A stretch of 64,000 nt of DNA from Verrucomicrobiota bacterium (lineage in GTDB: Bacteria > Verrucomicrobiota > Verrucomicrobiia > Opitutales > Seribacteraceae): the NCBI GenBank assembly GCA_027622665.1, contig JAQBYT010000005.1, positions 32,001 to 96,000 of the forward strand. Reading direction: 5' to 3'. The position numbers and the translations under genes are program-made. The notes beneath the pieces were generated by a model. It was not told the DNA's origin. It worked only from the letters and a program-made list of their open reading frames with translations, and made no database searches. Below are positions 9,342-18,756 of the stretch, in pieces (the stretch's first letter is position 1; each line of letters begins with the position of its first letter).

Positions 9342-11174
9342 ATGGAACATATTGACTTTTGGGATTTCTTTGTGGGCTTCCTCTACGTATTGGGGGGGCT
9401 GGGCATCTTCCTATTCGGCATGAGGGTGATGAGCGAAGGCATTCAAAAAGTAGCGGGAGAGGGCATGCGCAGGATTATGGCGACGATGACCCAGAATCGT
9501 TTCTTCGGGCTCATGACGGGATTGACGGTCACCTGCCTCGTGCAATCTTCATCGGCAACGACCGTGATGGTGGTGAGCTTCGTAAATGCTCAGTTGCTCA
9601 CTTTGACCGAGTCAATAGGGGTTATAATGGGAGCGAACCTTGGCACTACGTTGACGGGTTGGATCATTGCGACCGTGGGCAAATTCAGTCTGTCCAAGAT
9701 CGCCCTGCCCATAATTGGAGTGGGCCTTCCCATGATTTTCGCGAGCAAGCCGAGGATAAAAAACTTGGGCGAGGTGCTAGTTGGTTTCGGTTTGCTTTTC
9801 TTTGGCCTTAGCGAACTGAAGGATGCTGTTCCCGACGTTAAAACCTTGCTCAGGAGTACTGAACAGGCAGACAAGTTCCTCGTTCAGGACATACAGGCCT
9901 TGATCGAGCAATTGAACAGTTTCGGGTTCGGATCCGTTCTGATCTTTCTCGGGATAGGCGTAGTCTTGACGCTTCTTGTTCAATCTTCGTCTGCCGCAAT
10001 GGGCATCACGATCATCGTGGCCATTAACGGTTGGATCAATTTCGAGATCGCTGCCGCTATTGTTCTTGGAGAAAACATAGGCACCACCGTTACTGCATGG
10101 CTGGCCTCTTTGGGAGCCAACTTGAACGCTAAGCGCGCGGCTCGTGTCCACTTTCTTTTCAATGTGGCGGGAGTTTGCTGGATGTTGCTCTTGTTTTACC
10201 CGTTTATCGCCATGGTGGACGGGGTCATGCCGGGTTCCATTCACCAAAAAGACGTTACGGCTCAAGAGATAGCGGTTTTTCGCAAAGTGCAATCCTTGGA
10301 AGCTGAGGGCATGGGCGACGAAAACATTAAGAAGGCGATTGTGGATTTGAACATCCCGCTCCACTTATCTTTGTTTCATACCCTCTTTAATCTCTGCAAT
10401 ATCGGTCTCCTGATTGGGTTCTCTCCGCATTTGGGGAGGTTGGCCGTGAAATTGGTGAATCCTCGAACATCTAATGGGAAGGAAGCTGTCCCTGGAAGTC
10501 TCGCCTCGATTCACTATGAGGGTTCGGGTCTGCTGCCCAAGACTGGCGAGCTAAATCTTGCCTTGGTCGAGGCGGAGGTCAATCGGCTTGCCGCCGTAAC
10601 TCGTTACATGTTCGAAGGGTTCGTCGACATATTCGAACACCCCGATGATGACAAGGGTCCGTTTATCAAGGAGCTTATCGAATTGGAGGATAAGTGCGAC
10701 GGACTCGCTTTCGAGATTACCCAAACGCTCATTTACTGCACGACCGAGAGTCTTGCCGGGGAAAGCGCATTGCACGTTACTTCCCTGCTGAGGGTGACTG
10801 CTGAACTGGAGGACATCGGTGACTGTTGCCACCGCTTGGTCCAATTGGCCCACCGGAAATACCGTAAGCAGCGTATTCTGCCCGAGGAAACCAAGAAGGA
10901 AATAAAGATTTTCTCGGAACAGATTCTTGACTTCATGGAGCTTTACCAGACCCACTTGAAGGACAATAGCATTCTTCCGGATATGGCCGAGGCTGAGCAA
11001 ATCGAGCAGCGCATCGACGCTTCCAGGAAGATGCTTCGCAAGGGTGCCGTTAAGCGAATGAAGGAATCGGAGAACGTGAAGGCGGAAATGATCTACGTGG
11101 ACATCCTCAACGAGATGGAGAGAATCGGCAACGACGCCCTAAACATCGTTCAAGCCCTCAACCACGTGGTCTGA
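9342..11174 (+). CDS. Na+/phosphate cotransporter with a C-terminal PhoU-like domain
   Basis: Two VQSSSA repeats, GANLGTT and GENIGTT; helical tail ELEDIGD..EMERIGN. Confidence 0.93.
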   Translation: MEHIDFWDFFVGFLYVLGGLGIFLFGMRVMSEGIQKVAGEGMRRIMATMTQNRFFGLMTGLTVTCLVQSSSATTVMVVSFVNAQLLTLTESIGVIMGANLGTTLTGWIIATVGKFSLSKIALPIIGVGLPMIFASKPRIKNLGEVLVGFGLLFFGLSELKDAVPDVKTLLRSTEQADKFLVQDIQALIEQLNSFGFGSVLIFLGIGVVLTLLVQSSSAAMGITIIVAINGWINFEIAAAIVLGENIGTTVTAWLASLGANLNAKRAARVHFLFNVAGVCWMLLLFYPFIAMVDGVMPGSIHQKDVTAQEIAVFRKVQSLEAEGMGDENIKKAIVDLNIPLHLSLFHTLFNLCNIGLLIGFSPHLGRLAVKLVNPRTSNGKEAVPGSLASIHYEGSGLLPKTGELNLALVEAEVNRLAAVTRYMFEGFVDIFEHPDDDKGPFIKELIELEDKCDGLAFEITQTLIYCTTESLAGESALHVTSLLRVTAELEDIGDCCHRLVQLAHRKYRKQRILPEETKKEIKIFSEQILDFMELYQTHLKDNSILPDMAEAEQIEQRIDASRKMLRKGAVKRMKESENVKAEMIYVDILNEMERIGNDALNIVQALNHVV

Positions 11175-11204
11175 CTCTGCCGCCGGTTTCCGTTTGGCAA
11201 AGCC

Positions 11205-11633
11205 TTATACGGTCGATTGCACCCACTGCTCGACTCTGTATCTGATGAGATCGCGGATTTCGCGGGTCCGCTCCAATTTTTCTTCCTCCGCGACTTGCAA
11301 GGTAGAGGGATCAGGGAATCCCCAATGCAATCGCTTGACTGCCTCCGGGAAGGTCGGGCATCTTTCCGCGGATGTCTCGTCGCAGACGGTTATTACATAG
11401 GTGAACTCTTGGGCCCGGCGAATAAAATGCTCGACGGAGTCGCAAGTGTTCTTCGAAATATCCAAACCCACTTCTTGCATGGCTTCGACGACGATGGGGT
11501 TCAGTTTGCCTGGCTCGATGCCTGCGCTTTCGGCTTCGAATCTTCCCTTGCCGAATTGATTGAGGAAAGCTTCCGCCATTTGTGAACGAGCACTGTTGTG
11601 AATGCATACGAATAAAACCTTTTGCATCCTCAT
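11205..11633 (-). CDS. arsC: Thioredoxin-coupled arsenate reductase (LMW-PTP fold)
   Basis: CIHNSARSQMAE P-loop, VITVCD..CP resolving cysteines, HWGFPDP. Confidence 0.9.
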   Translation of the reverse strand: MRMQKVLFVCIHNSARSQMAEAFLNQFGKGRFEAESAGIEPGKLNPIVVEAMQEVGLDISKNTCDSVEHFIRRAQEFTYVITVCDETSAERCPTFPEAVKRLHWGFPDPSTLQVAEEEKLERTREIRDLIRYRVEQWVQSTV

Positions 11634-11785
11634 ATACCAAAGCCTACTTATCTGAATGGTCAAGCCATGGAGATTGAGTATTGTGGTGGTAGTCTGTAAC
11701 TAATCCGTCTTTTTGAGGATCATATAAGCGATAAATCAAAAGTTTTGTTTCATCCGGCTTGCCACGATGAGCCTATATCGTTGCG

Positions 11786-12484
11786 ATGTTAGATGAAATT
11801 ATGCCCTTTCTGGAAGTCAGTCACTTACGCAAGAGCTTTGTTTCGCCTGATGGCGGGAAGTCTCTCGTTGTGGACGTAGAAAGTTTTTCCCTGACTGCCG
11901 GAGATCTCTTCGGCATGCGGGGCGAGAGTGGTTCGGGCAAGACGACGTTCCTTCATCTTTTGGCGGGTATACTTCGACCGGACGAGGGATCCGTCATTAT
12001 AGACGGGACCGAAGTGTCCGAATTGAACGAGGCCGCCCGCGATCACCTCCGGGCTTCTGCAATCGGTTACGTCTTCCAGTCTTTCAACCTTCTTCAGGGT
12101 TTTACCTGTCTCGAAAACATCATGCTCGCCATGTCCTTTGCCGGGAAGGTGGACGAGACTCGAGCCAAAGAGTTGCTCGATAGGGTAGGCCTTTCTCACC
12201 GTTTGGCTCATTATCCCCGTCAGCTTTCCATTGGGCAGCAGCAACGCGTGGCCCTCGCTCGGGCCTTGGCTAATCGTCCCAAGTTGGTATTGGCCGACGA
12301 GCCAACGGGCAACCTCGATCCCGGCAATGCTCGCAAGGCCCTCGCTCTCCTCCGAGAACTTTGCTCCGATGCCGGGTCGGCTCTCCTCCTCGTTAGTCAC
12401 GATGAGAACGTGATTGGCGGTTTTGAAGAAAATCTTGATTGGAGTGACCTCAACCGAGCCTTCGCCGAGGCGATGAACGATTGA
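11786..12484 (+). CDS. LolD/MacB-type ABC ATPase
   Basis: [33 protein letters not shown]. Confidence 0.93.
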   Translation: MLDEIMPFLEVSHLRKSFVSPDGGKSLVVDVESFSLTAGDLFGMRGESGSGKTTFLHLLAGILRPDEGSVIIDGTEVSELNEAARDHLRASAIGYVFQSFNLLQGFTCLENIMLAMSFAGKVDETRAKELLDRVGLSHRLAHYPRQLSIGQQQRVALARALANRPKLVLADEPTGNLDPGNARKALALLRELCSDAGSALLLVSHDENVIGGFEENLDWSDLNRAFAEAMND

Positions 12485-12488
12485 ACCG

Positions 12489-13709
12489 ATGTTGCGCTCC
12501 GGTCCATGGGTAATCCTCTTCCTTGCGATCCGCGGGTTGCGGCAATATGCCTTTTCCACGGCAGTGGCATCTCTTGCGATTGCCTTGGCGGGTGGCCTGT
12601 TTCTTGGAACTTGGAAAATCAAGGAGGAAGCTAAAAACGCTTTTTCTCGTTCTTCGGGTGGCTACGATGCCGTCCTCGGGCCAAGAGGTTCCAAGCTGCA
12701 ACTCGTACTCAACGGCCTTTTTCATCTCGAGGCCTCGCCTGGTAATCTTTCATGGGAACAGTATGAAATCATTCGTGATACTCGAGGCGTAAGCGAAGCC
12801 TACCCAATCGCCGTGGGTGACAACTATCTAGGCTTTCGTCTTGTCGGAACGCTTGCCGAGATGTTTGAAAAGCACGAATGGCGAAAAGATCGGAAATACG
12901 TTGTAGAATCAGGCGGTCGGCTTTTTACCGACAATGCGAAAGAAGCTCTTGTCGGAGCCTTTGTCGCTCGTAAGCTTGGATTGAAGGTGGGCGACAACTT
13001 TCATCCCTATCACGGTCTCACCTTCAAGGAAGAGGCGAAGCACAAGGATCTCTATGTCGTTGTCGGCATACTCGAGGCTACCGGTACCCCTGGCGACAAG
13101 GTTATATGGATTCCGATCAAGGGTATCCAGCTTATGGATGGGCATAACCCAAAGACCGCTACCGATGTCAGTGCCGTTCTTCTTAACCTCAAGGGTGCTG
13201 CCGGCTTCATGCTGGATATGAAGTACAACAAGCAAGGCAATGTAGCCACACTCGCTTGGCCTGTTGCGGGCACCCTTGCTAGTTTCTTCGAGCGACTCGT
13301 TTGGTTTCAGCGTGTGCTTGAGATTATAGCCTATCTTGTCGCCTTTGTGGCGGCCTGCGTCATTCTAGCTATTTTGCGAAACGCCATGAACGAGCGTCGG
13401 CGAGAGATCGCCATTTTGCGTAGTCTCGGCGCTCGGCGCTCTACGGTCACGGCGGTCGTTCTCGCCCAGGCCGGACTGATTACTCTGCTTGGGGTAGTGG
13501 GCGCCGCCTTCGCCTATTTGGGTATCGGCTTTCTCGCGGCTTCCGTGATACGCGAGCAAACGGGCGTGCTTCTCGAGCCTTTCACCTATGACCCGAGCTT
13601 CTTTTACGTTCCAATAGGTATGCTTGCCGTTGGGTTGTTAAGCGGTTTGTTGCCTTCTCTCCAAGCTTACCGGTCCGATGTAGCCAAGAACCTCGTCCAG
13701 CAGTCTTGA
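12489..13709 (+). CDS. FtsX/MacB-type ABC permease (ZrgC-like)
   Basis: GPRGSKLQLVLNGLFH, PIAVGDNY.GFRLVGT, HGL, NERRREIAILRSLGA. Confidence 0.88.
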   Translation: MLRSGPWVILFLAIRGLRQYAFSTAVASLAIALAGGLFLGTWKIKEEAKNAFSRSSGGYDAVLGPRGSKLQLVLNGLFHLEASPGNLSWEQYEIIRDTRGVSEAYPIAVGDNYLGFRLVGTLAEMFEKHEWRKDRKYVVESGGRLFTDNAKEALVGAFVARKLGLKVGDNFHPYHGLTFKEEAKHKDLYVVVGILEATGTPGDKVIWIPIKGIQLMDGHNPKTATDVSAVLLNLKGAAGFMLDMKYNKQGNVATLAWPVAGTLASFFERLVWFQRVLEIIAYLVAFVAACVILAILRNAMNERRREIAILRSLGARRSTVTAVVLAQAGLITLLGVVGAAFAYLGIGFLAASVIREQTGVLLEPFTYDPSFFYVPIGMLAVGLLSGLLPSLQAYRSDVAKNLVQQS

Positions 13710-13820
13710 ATAAGTGAAGTCAGTGAAAGTCCTTTAAGGCTATATTGTTCTAAGTGGTAGATGCTTTGCACCGCCCGATGCTTGCAATAAAGCCTCAAGT
13801 TCGATTAACTCTTCTACTTT

Positions 13821-14426
13821 GTGCATCACTTTGATTTTTCCGTGAAGACTTATTTTAAAGCATTCTATTGGAGATTGTTTTCGATCTCCGGACTTGCCTT
13901 TTTCTTGGGTGCTTGCGGCGCCGAGGACGGATTTGTGGATGAAGGGAAGAATGCCTCTCCATCGTCCCAACAGGATTACCTTCCCGAAATTGCCCGACCA
14001 TCCTTCCCCAAAGTCAATTTCGGAGTCCTTACGGGTTTTCGGTATAATGTGAATTGGGACACCGATGGCAGGAGTCCCGACCAAGCCGCCTTTGCGCGCC
14101 GCGTACCTTCTGCTGCCCGCAGCCTGCATGGTCGTCGGGTCTCTGTGGAAGGCTATATGATTCCCGTGACCCTTGTCGAAAATGATTCCAAGACTACCGA
14201 GTTTCTTTTGCTCCCCGACACCAAGGCATGTTGCGAAGGAAAGACCCCAAAGCAAAACGGTTGGATCCTCGTGAGTACTCCGCCCTTTGGCGAAAAGCCA
14301 CAAATAGACAAACTTTTGCGCGTCACCGGCGAATTCACAGTCAAGGAAAGGTGGAGCCCTGCAGACGGTTTCTTCAAGGGTCTGTATCATATGACTTGCG
14401 AAACGCTCGCTCCCGTTGCCTTATAA
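13821..14426 (+). CDS. DUF3299-like lipoprotein (ZrgD-like), paralog 1
   Basis: Lipobox LGAC; LHGRRVSVEGYMIP..TEFLLLPDTKACC..P..NGWILV. Confidence 0.75.
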   Translation: MHHFDFSVKTYFKAFYWRLFSISGLAFFLGACGAEDGFVDEGKNASPSSQQDYLPEIARPSFPKVNFGVLTGFRYNVNWDTDGRSPDQAAFARRVPSAARSLHGRRVSVEGYMIPVTLVENDSKTTEFLLLPDTKACCEGKTPKQNGWILVSTPPFGEKPQIDKLLRVTGEFTVKERWSPADGFFKGLYHMTCETLAPVAL

Positions 14427-14449
14427 CTGGAGTAACCGGAATTTTGAAA

Positions 14450-15280
14450 ATGAAGCCCTCAATAACCCTTACCGTTTTTATAACCTGTGGGTTCTTCCTC
14501 ATCAGTGGTTGTGGCGATGACGCTGGCGAAAATCATGCATCAGGCCCGCCACCAAAAGGGGATCCTATTGTCGGCGAACCGATTCAGGACGCTAAGGGAA
14601 ATTCAACTATTGCGGAAACCGAGGGTTTGCTTGGCCCAAAAGATAATCCCTCAAACACGAAGCCTTCACTTCCTGTTGAAGGTGAAGAGGTATCGGTCGT
14701 GGAAGGTGAAATTGCGAGTGTCGGAACGCCCGACGACCCTTTCGTTGCCCCCAAGGAAAAGGAAATCGTAGAACTGCCTTTCCCTCCTGGTTCGGACGCT
14801 AACGCTTCTACTGTCAATATTCCGGAACCAGTGGTTTCCCTCCTGCCCCCCTTGCCTAAGGGAAGCGGTTACGCTCCTCTAAGTTTTGCCAGTATGTCGA
14901 AGTTTGCCTACGAGGTCGACTGGGAACAGGACGGCATTAAATTTGACATCTCGGCCTTTGCTCGTCGCGTACCCGTTACGGTCCGTCAAATGGATGGGCT
15001 AGATGCAGCCGTTGAGGGCTTTATGATCCCCACAGTAGTCAACGAAGACAATAAGGTCACCGAGTTCTTGCTACTCCCCGACCAAATGAGTTGCTGTTTT
15101 GGCAAAGCTCCCGAGGCCAACGGTTGGGTTGTCGTGACGGCACCCAAGGGAGTTGAAATCATGATGGACAGGATTATTCGAGTGACCGGCACCATGGCCG
15201 TGGAGGAAAAGTGGGACGAAGAGTTCTTTGTAGGTCTCTACCATTTGACCTGCGACAAGATTACGGGCCCGGCGCTCTAA
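14450..15280 (+). CDS. DUF3299-like lipoprotein, paralog 2, with a Pro/Glu-rich linker
   Basis: Lipobox ISGC; VEGFMIP..TEFLLLPDQMSCCFG..P..NGWVVV. Start set at ATG 14450. Confidence 0.75.
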   Translation: MKPSITLTVFITCGFFLISGCGDDAGENHASGPPPKGDPIVGEPIQDAKGNSTIAETEGLLGPKDNPSNTKPSLPVEGEEVSVVEGEIASVGTPDDPFVAPKEKEIVELPFPPGSDANASTVNIPEPVVSLLPPLPKGSGYAPLSFASMSKFAYEVDWEQDGIKFDISAFARRVPVTVRQMDGLDAAVEGFMIPTVVNEDNKVTEFLLLPDQMSCCFGKAPEANGWVVVTAPKGVEIMMDRIIRVTGTMAVEEKWDEEFFVGLYHLTCDKITGPAL

Positions 15281-15289
15281 CTCTTGCCA

Positions 15290-15568
15290 TCATCCGCCTG
15301 ACATCGGGGTGATCAAAATTACCTCCGATTCGTCTTCTAGCGAAACATCGGCCCTAAGGTCGACTTGGGTGCCATTTACGGCTACGACCAAGGTCGGTAC
15401 TGGATTCCCGTCTTCATTCACAACGAATTTCGAAAATTCGGGACCATGCTGCTCGGAAAGATTTCTAAGTAAATCCACAAGCCCTACTCCATCGGCGAGC
15501 TCGATGCCTTCCTCGGAGGTTCCTGCAGCAGCAGCAAGCTGCGAAGTATAGCGAAGTGCGATTTTCAT
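15290..15568 (-). CDS. MoaD/ThiS family sulfur-carrier (ubiquitin-like) protein
   Basis: 92 aa, VAVNG, C-terminal TPMSGG. ATGA overlap with the ABC ATPase. Confidence 0.9.
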   Translation of the reverse strand: MKIALRYTSQLAAAAGTSEEGIELADGVGLVDLLRNLSEQHGPEFSKFVVNEDGNPVPTLVVAVNGTQVDLRADVSLEDESEVILITPMSGG

Positions 15569-16245
15569 GATACGCTTTCGGCGATACTTCCTTTCTCCAT
15601 CCGAATGGAACGGGATGCCCGTCCCGCCGCGCGTTTGTCGTGCGTGACCATGAGCACCGTGCCTCCTTCCTTAGCGAAGCCGGCAAGGTGATCAAGGATC
15701 GAATCGGCATTCTCGGGATCGAGATTGCCGGTCGGTTCGTCGGCCAACAAAAGTTGGGGTTCGAGAAGCAACGCTCGGGCGAGCGCTACTCGCTGCTGTT
15801 CGCCTACGCTTAAGCTGGATGGCACATGGTGTCGGCGATCGGTTAGGCCAAACTTTTCAAGTAAAGCCTTCGCCTTGTCTTCTGCTCCGGGAAGGGCTCG
15901 AGCTAGGGTGGGGGCGAGCACGTTGTCCAATGCGTCAAGGTAGGGGACGAGATGAAATTGTTGAAAGACAAAGCCGATGTGTTTCGCCCGGATGCTTGCT
16001 CTCCTTGCGGCGTCTATTTCGTAGGGCCGAGTTCCCATGATTTCCACTTCCCCTTGATCGGGTCTCAACAATCCTCCCGCGATCAAAAGAATGGTCGATT
16101 TTCCGCAACCACTGGGCCCGCCCAGAGCTACGAATTCGCCCGACGCGATCTCTAGACTCATGTCGTTCACTGCCGCTACGGACGTGCCTTTTGGCCCCGC
16201 AAACGTCTTGTGAACATTTGTCGCTCTCAGAGTAAAGTCACTCAT
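15565..16245 (-). CDS. LolD/MacB-type ABC ATPase
   Basis: [33 protein letters not shown]. Confidence 0.93.
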   Translation of the reverse strand: MSDFTLRATNVHKTFAGPKGTSVAAVNDMSLEIASGEFVALGGPSGCGKSTILLIAGGLLRPDQGEVEIMGTRPYEIDAARRASIRAKHIGFVFQQFHLVPYLDALDNVLAPTLARALPGAEDKAKALLEKFGLTDRRHHVPSSLSVGEQQRVALARALLLEPQLLLADEPTGNLDPENADSILDHLAGFAKEGGTVLMVTHDKRAAGRASRSIRMEKGSIAESVS

Positions 16246-17551
16246 TGCGAAGGATGGTCGCTGGATCTCTGTTAGCGGCTTGCAGCGCGGGCAACCATGA
16301 TGCCGCGCAAGAGAGGACGGGTACGGATAAAAGGACTAGAGGAATATCTCCCCGAAGAGACCTTAGGTCGAATTCATGAAGTGTAGCTTTGAGGGTTTCG
16401 CTTAGGAGAAAAGCGAAAAGCAGTGTCAAGCCGGCCCCAAACAATCCAACGAGAAACGCTCGCCCCATCAACGCGCCCAAGATGGAACCCGTGGAAATTC
16501 CCATGGCTCGGAGGATGCCGATTTCAGCTTGACGATCTCGAGAGTTGGCAAAGGAGAGAAAGGAAACCCAAGCCATAGCACCAAGAATGACGACAGTGAG
16601 AAGAGCCGTGTACTTTTCCTTGTCCTCGAATCTTAGCTGGGTGCGGTCAGCTTGAAGTTTGATCGCTTCGGCCTTTTTAGAAGCAATGGAACTTTGACTA
16701 TGTTTCTTCGCCTTGTTTCGAGCTTCCGCTCGGGCTAGGGCTTTGCTTTCGGTTTCGATGACTTTCGTCCCAGGTAGTATACCAGCTATTTCACGACGAA
16801 TCTCCCCGAGGCGGTCAATTGTTGCGCAATTGCATTCCAGCGCCTTGATGGCATTGATGCGTCCCTCCTCCCCAAGCAGTTCCTGACATTCGCCGAGGTG
16901 CATCCAGACGGTGATGTCGTCCTTTGTGCCTCGTTCCGGATGACACTTGTCGACGATGAATTCGCGACCCATGAATACGGTGGCGTTCCCTTCCTTCAGA
17001 TCGAGCGATCGGTGGAGTTCGTGACCGAGTACGATCCGCCCTTTCCGCACGGGGTCAATGAGTGGTTTCTTTGGATCACGGTGCGCGATTGGCACTTCGC
17101 CGCGAATACCGATTAGGATGACGGTGCGTTCCCGCTCGGGCCACTTCAACTTGCGGGTAAGACTCGGCAGGAGATGGTTGACGGTTACGATGTTGCTTTC
17201 AGCCAAGGTGGCTGCATAGGACTCGGGCATTGTCTTTGAAGCGAACCCTTCTGCGTAAACTTCGCTAAGCTCTTGTCCTTCGGGAAAGATGAAGATGTTG
17301 AAACCGAGTCCCTTCATCGTTTTGCGGACATCGTCCTCGTAGGCTTTCATCTCTTTCGTGAACTTTGCTTCCATGGCGGAGGTTTCTTCGTTCATCCTCG
17401 TTAGCATTTTCGAAGTTCGCAAGTCGTGCGCGCCAAGTAACGCGACCACTGCTACAAGTCCGGCTACACTCGTTGCTATCGTTGCCACGGCGAGTCCGAA
17501 GCTTAGCTTGCGGTGCAAAATTTCCCGGCCGATAAGTCGCCTGAGGTTCAC
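16238..17551 (-). CDS. FtsX-like ABC permease with a periplasmic LECNC motif
   Basis: N-terminal TM, large periplasmic domain, DRQAEIGILRAMG, C-terminal ANRDPATILR. Confidence 0.85.
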   Translation of the reverse strand: MNLRRLIGREILHRKLSFGLAVATIATSVAGLVAVVALLGAHDLRTSKMLTRMNEETSAMEAKFTKEMKAYEDDVRKTMKGLGFNIFIFPEGQELSEVYAEGFASKTMPESYAATLAESNIVTVNHLLPSLTRKLKWPERERTVILIGIRGEVPIAHRDPKKPLIDPVRKGRIVLGHELHRSLDLKEGNATVFMGREFIVDKCHPERGTKDDITVWMHLGECQELLGEEGRINAIKALECNCATIDRLGEIRREIAGILPGTKVIETESKALARAEARNKAKKHSQSSIASKKAEAIKLQADRTQLRFEDKEKYTALLTVVILGAMAWVSFLSFANSRDRQAEIGILRAMGISTGSILGALMGRAFLVGLFGAGLTLLFAFLLSETLKATLHEFDLRSLRGDIPLVLLSVPVLSCAASWLPALQAANRDPATILRNE

Positions 17552-18756
17552 TGCTCGCGATTTTTGTTCAGTACAAAAGTGCCAATCAGCAAGATGCCCG
17601 AGACCAACACAACGGCAACGACGAGGCCGTTCGAAATGGGAGGTTCATCCGTTGCCGTCTCATGTTCGACTACCTCCGAAGAAGATGCGTTCGCCTCGGG
17701 TTCAGCACTGTTTGCTCCGGCATCATCTTTTGCGGGTTCGTTGGCCGCAATGAGATCTTCGACTCCCGTCAGCGGGGGCAGCTCCTTCTCGGCGATTACG
17801 GAGCTTCCTTCAAGGGCAGTCCACCAATCGGCTTTTACCAGTATGTCCATTCCCGGGTTTTGATTCTTAACTTGGCAAGAGCATGCGCCGCAAAGATAAC
17901 CGCAGTCGGCCAGTGCGTTTTCCTCGCTTATCCCGGCGCTGATAAGTGGGGGCAAGACACGACCTTTGCCAAATACCGGGAACAGCATCGGTTTGTCCTC
18001 CATTTCCTTGTCGAGAAGGTCGTCTTCCAAGTGCAGAAGCATTGCCCGCAATATGACTTCTTGAGGATCCTTGCGAGAGAGGCGCAAGATTGAAAAGGCG
18101 ATCTTGAGGGGAACGGAGGATTCCAGAATGTTTTCTTCGTCTCCGGGGCCGAGAAGAAGGTTTGGATCGTCAAGAGCACTTTGCTGAATAACGCCTTCAG
18201 GAACAGAAATCTCTTTTTCTGCAATCTTGGCGTATTTTTCCAGTGTTTTGAAAAGTGCTTCGTCTTCTTTCTGGTTCCCGCTTTCGAGGAAAAGCCAGAC
18301 TGCTGAATCGCCGGAAAGAATTCGTTTTACCAGTTCTCGCCGGATCGGAGAGTCCAGAATTTGGTTGATGTGATTTCTTGTGAAGTTCCCGTTCCAGATG
18401 GGATCAGCGTCCTGTTCGAAGGCTTCGAATGGGAAAAAAAGGTGAATAGAGACCGAAGCGTTTTGGTCACTGTGAAGTTTTTTCCATCGTGCAAATTGCT
18501 TTTCCTCCTTCGCCAGATCGAGAGCTTCGAAACGAAGGTTTATCATCGGGCCGTTCTGTCCGACTAAGTTTTCTTCCAAATAAGTGACGTTTGCTTGCTC
18601 CTCGCTAGTTAGGTTGCCGTCATGAACAATAACCAATTGGTAGTGATCGGGTTGCCATCGTTCCAAGGCGTAACGAAATACGGGCACCTGACAAGCTTCC
18701 GTGATCACAGCAGCAACTAGGAGAATTAAGCAAACTGTGGTTTTGCGAGCATTCAT
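17548..18756 (-). CDS. Exported, C-terminally anchored hypothetical protein with CQVPVFRYALERW and CGYLCGACSCQVK motifs
   Basis: Signal peptide ending in TEA-C, C-terminal TM helix, GTGA overlap with the permease. Confidence 0.75.
   Translation of the reverse strand: MNARKTTVCLILLVAAVITEACQVPVFRYALERWQPDHYQLVIVHDGNLTSEEQANVTYLEENLVGQNGPMINLRFEALDLAKEEKQFARWKKLHSDQNASVSIHLFFPFEAFEQDADPIWNGNFTRNHINQILDSPIRRELVKRILSGDSAVWLFLESGNQKEDEALFKTLEKYAKIAEKEISVPEGVIQQSALDDPNLLLGPGDEENILESSVPLKIAFSILRLSRKDPQEVILRAMLLHLEDDLLDKEMEDKPMLFPVFGKGRVLPPLISAGISEENALADCGYLCGACSCQVKNQNPGMDILVKADWWTALEGSSVIAEKELPPLTGVEDLIAANEPAKDDAGANSAEPEANASSSEVVEHETATDEPPISNGLVVAVVLVSGILLIGTFVLNKNREQ

Noticed and set aside
11700..11785. 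Possible ModE or Zur box upstream of the zrg-like operon
   Set aside because: Only a partial half-site (CATATAAGCGAT); no convincing dyad.
14228..14449. N-terminal extension of the second DUF3299 ORF
   Set aside because: It overlaps paralog 1; the lipoprotein signal starts at ATG 14450.
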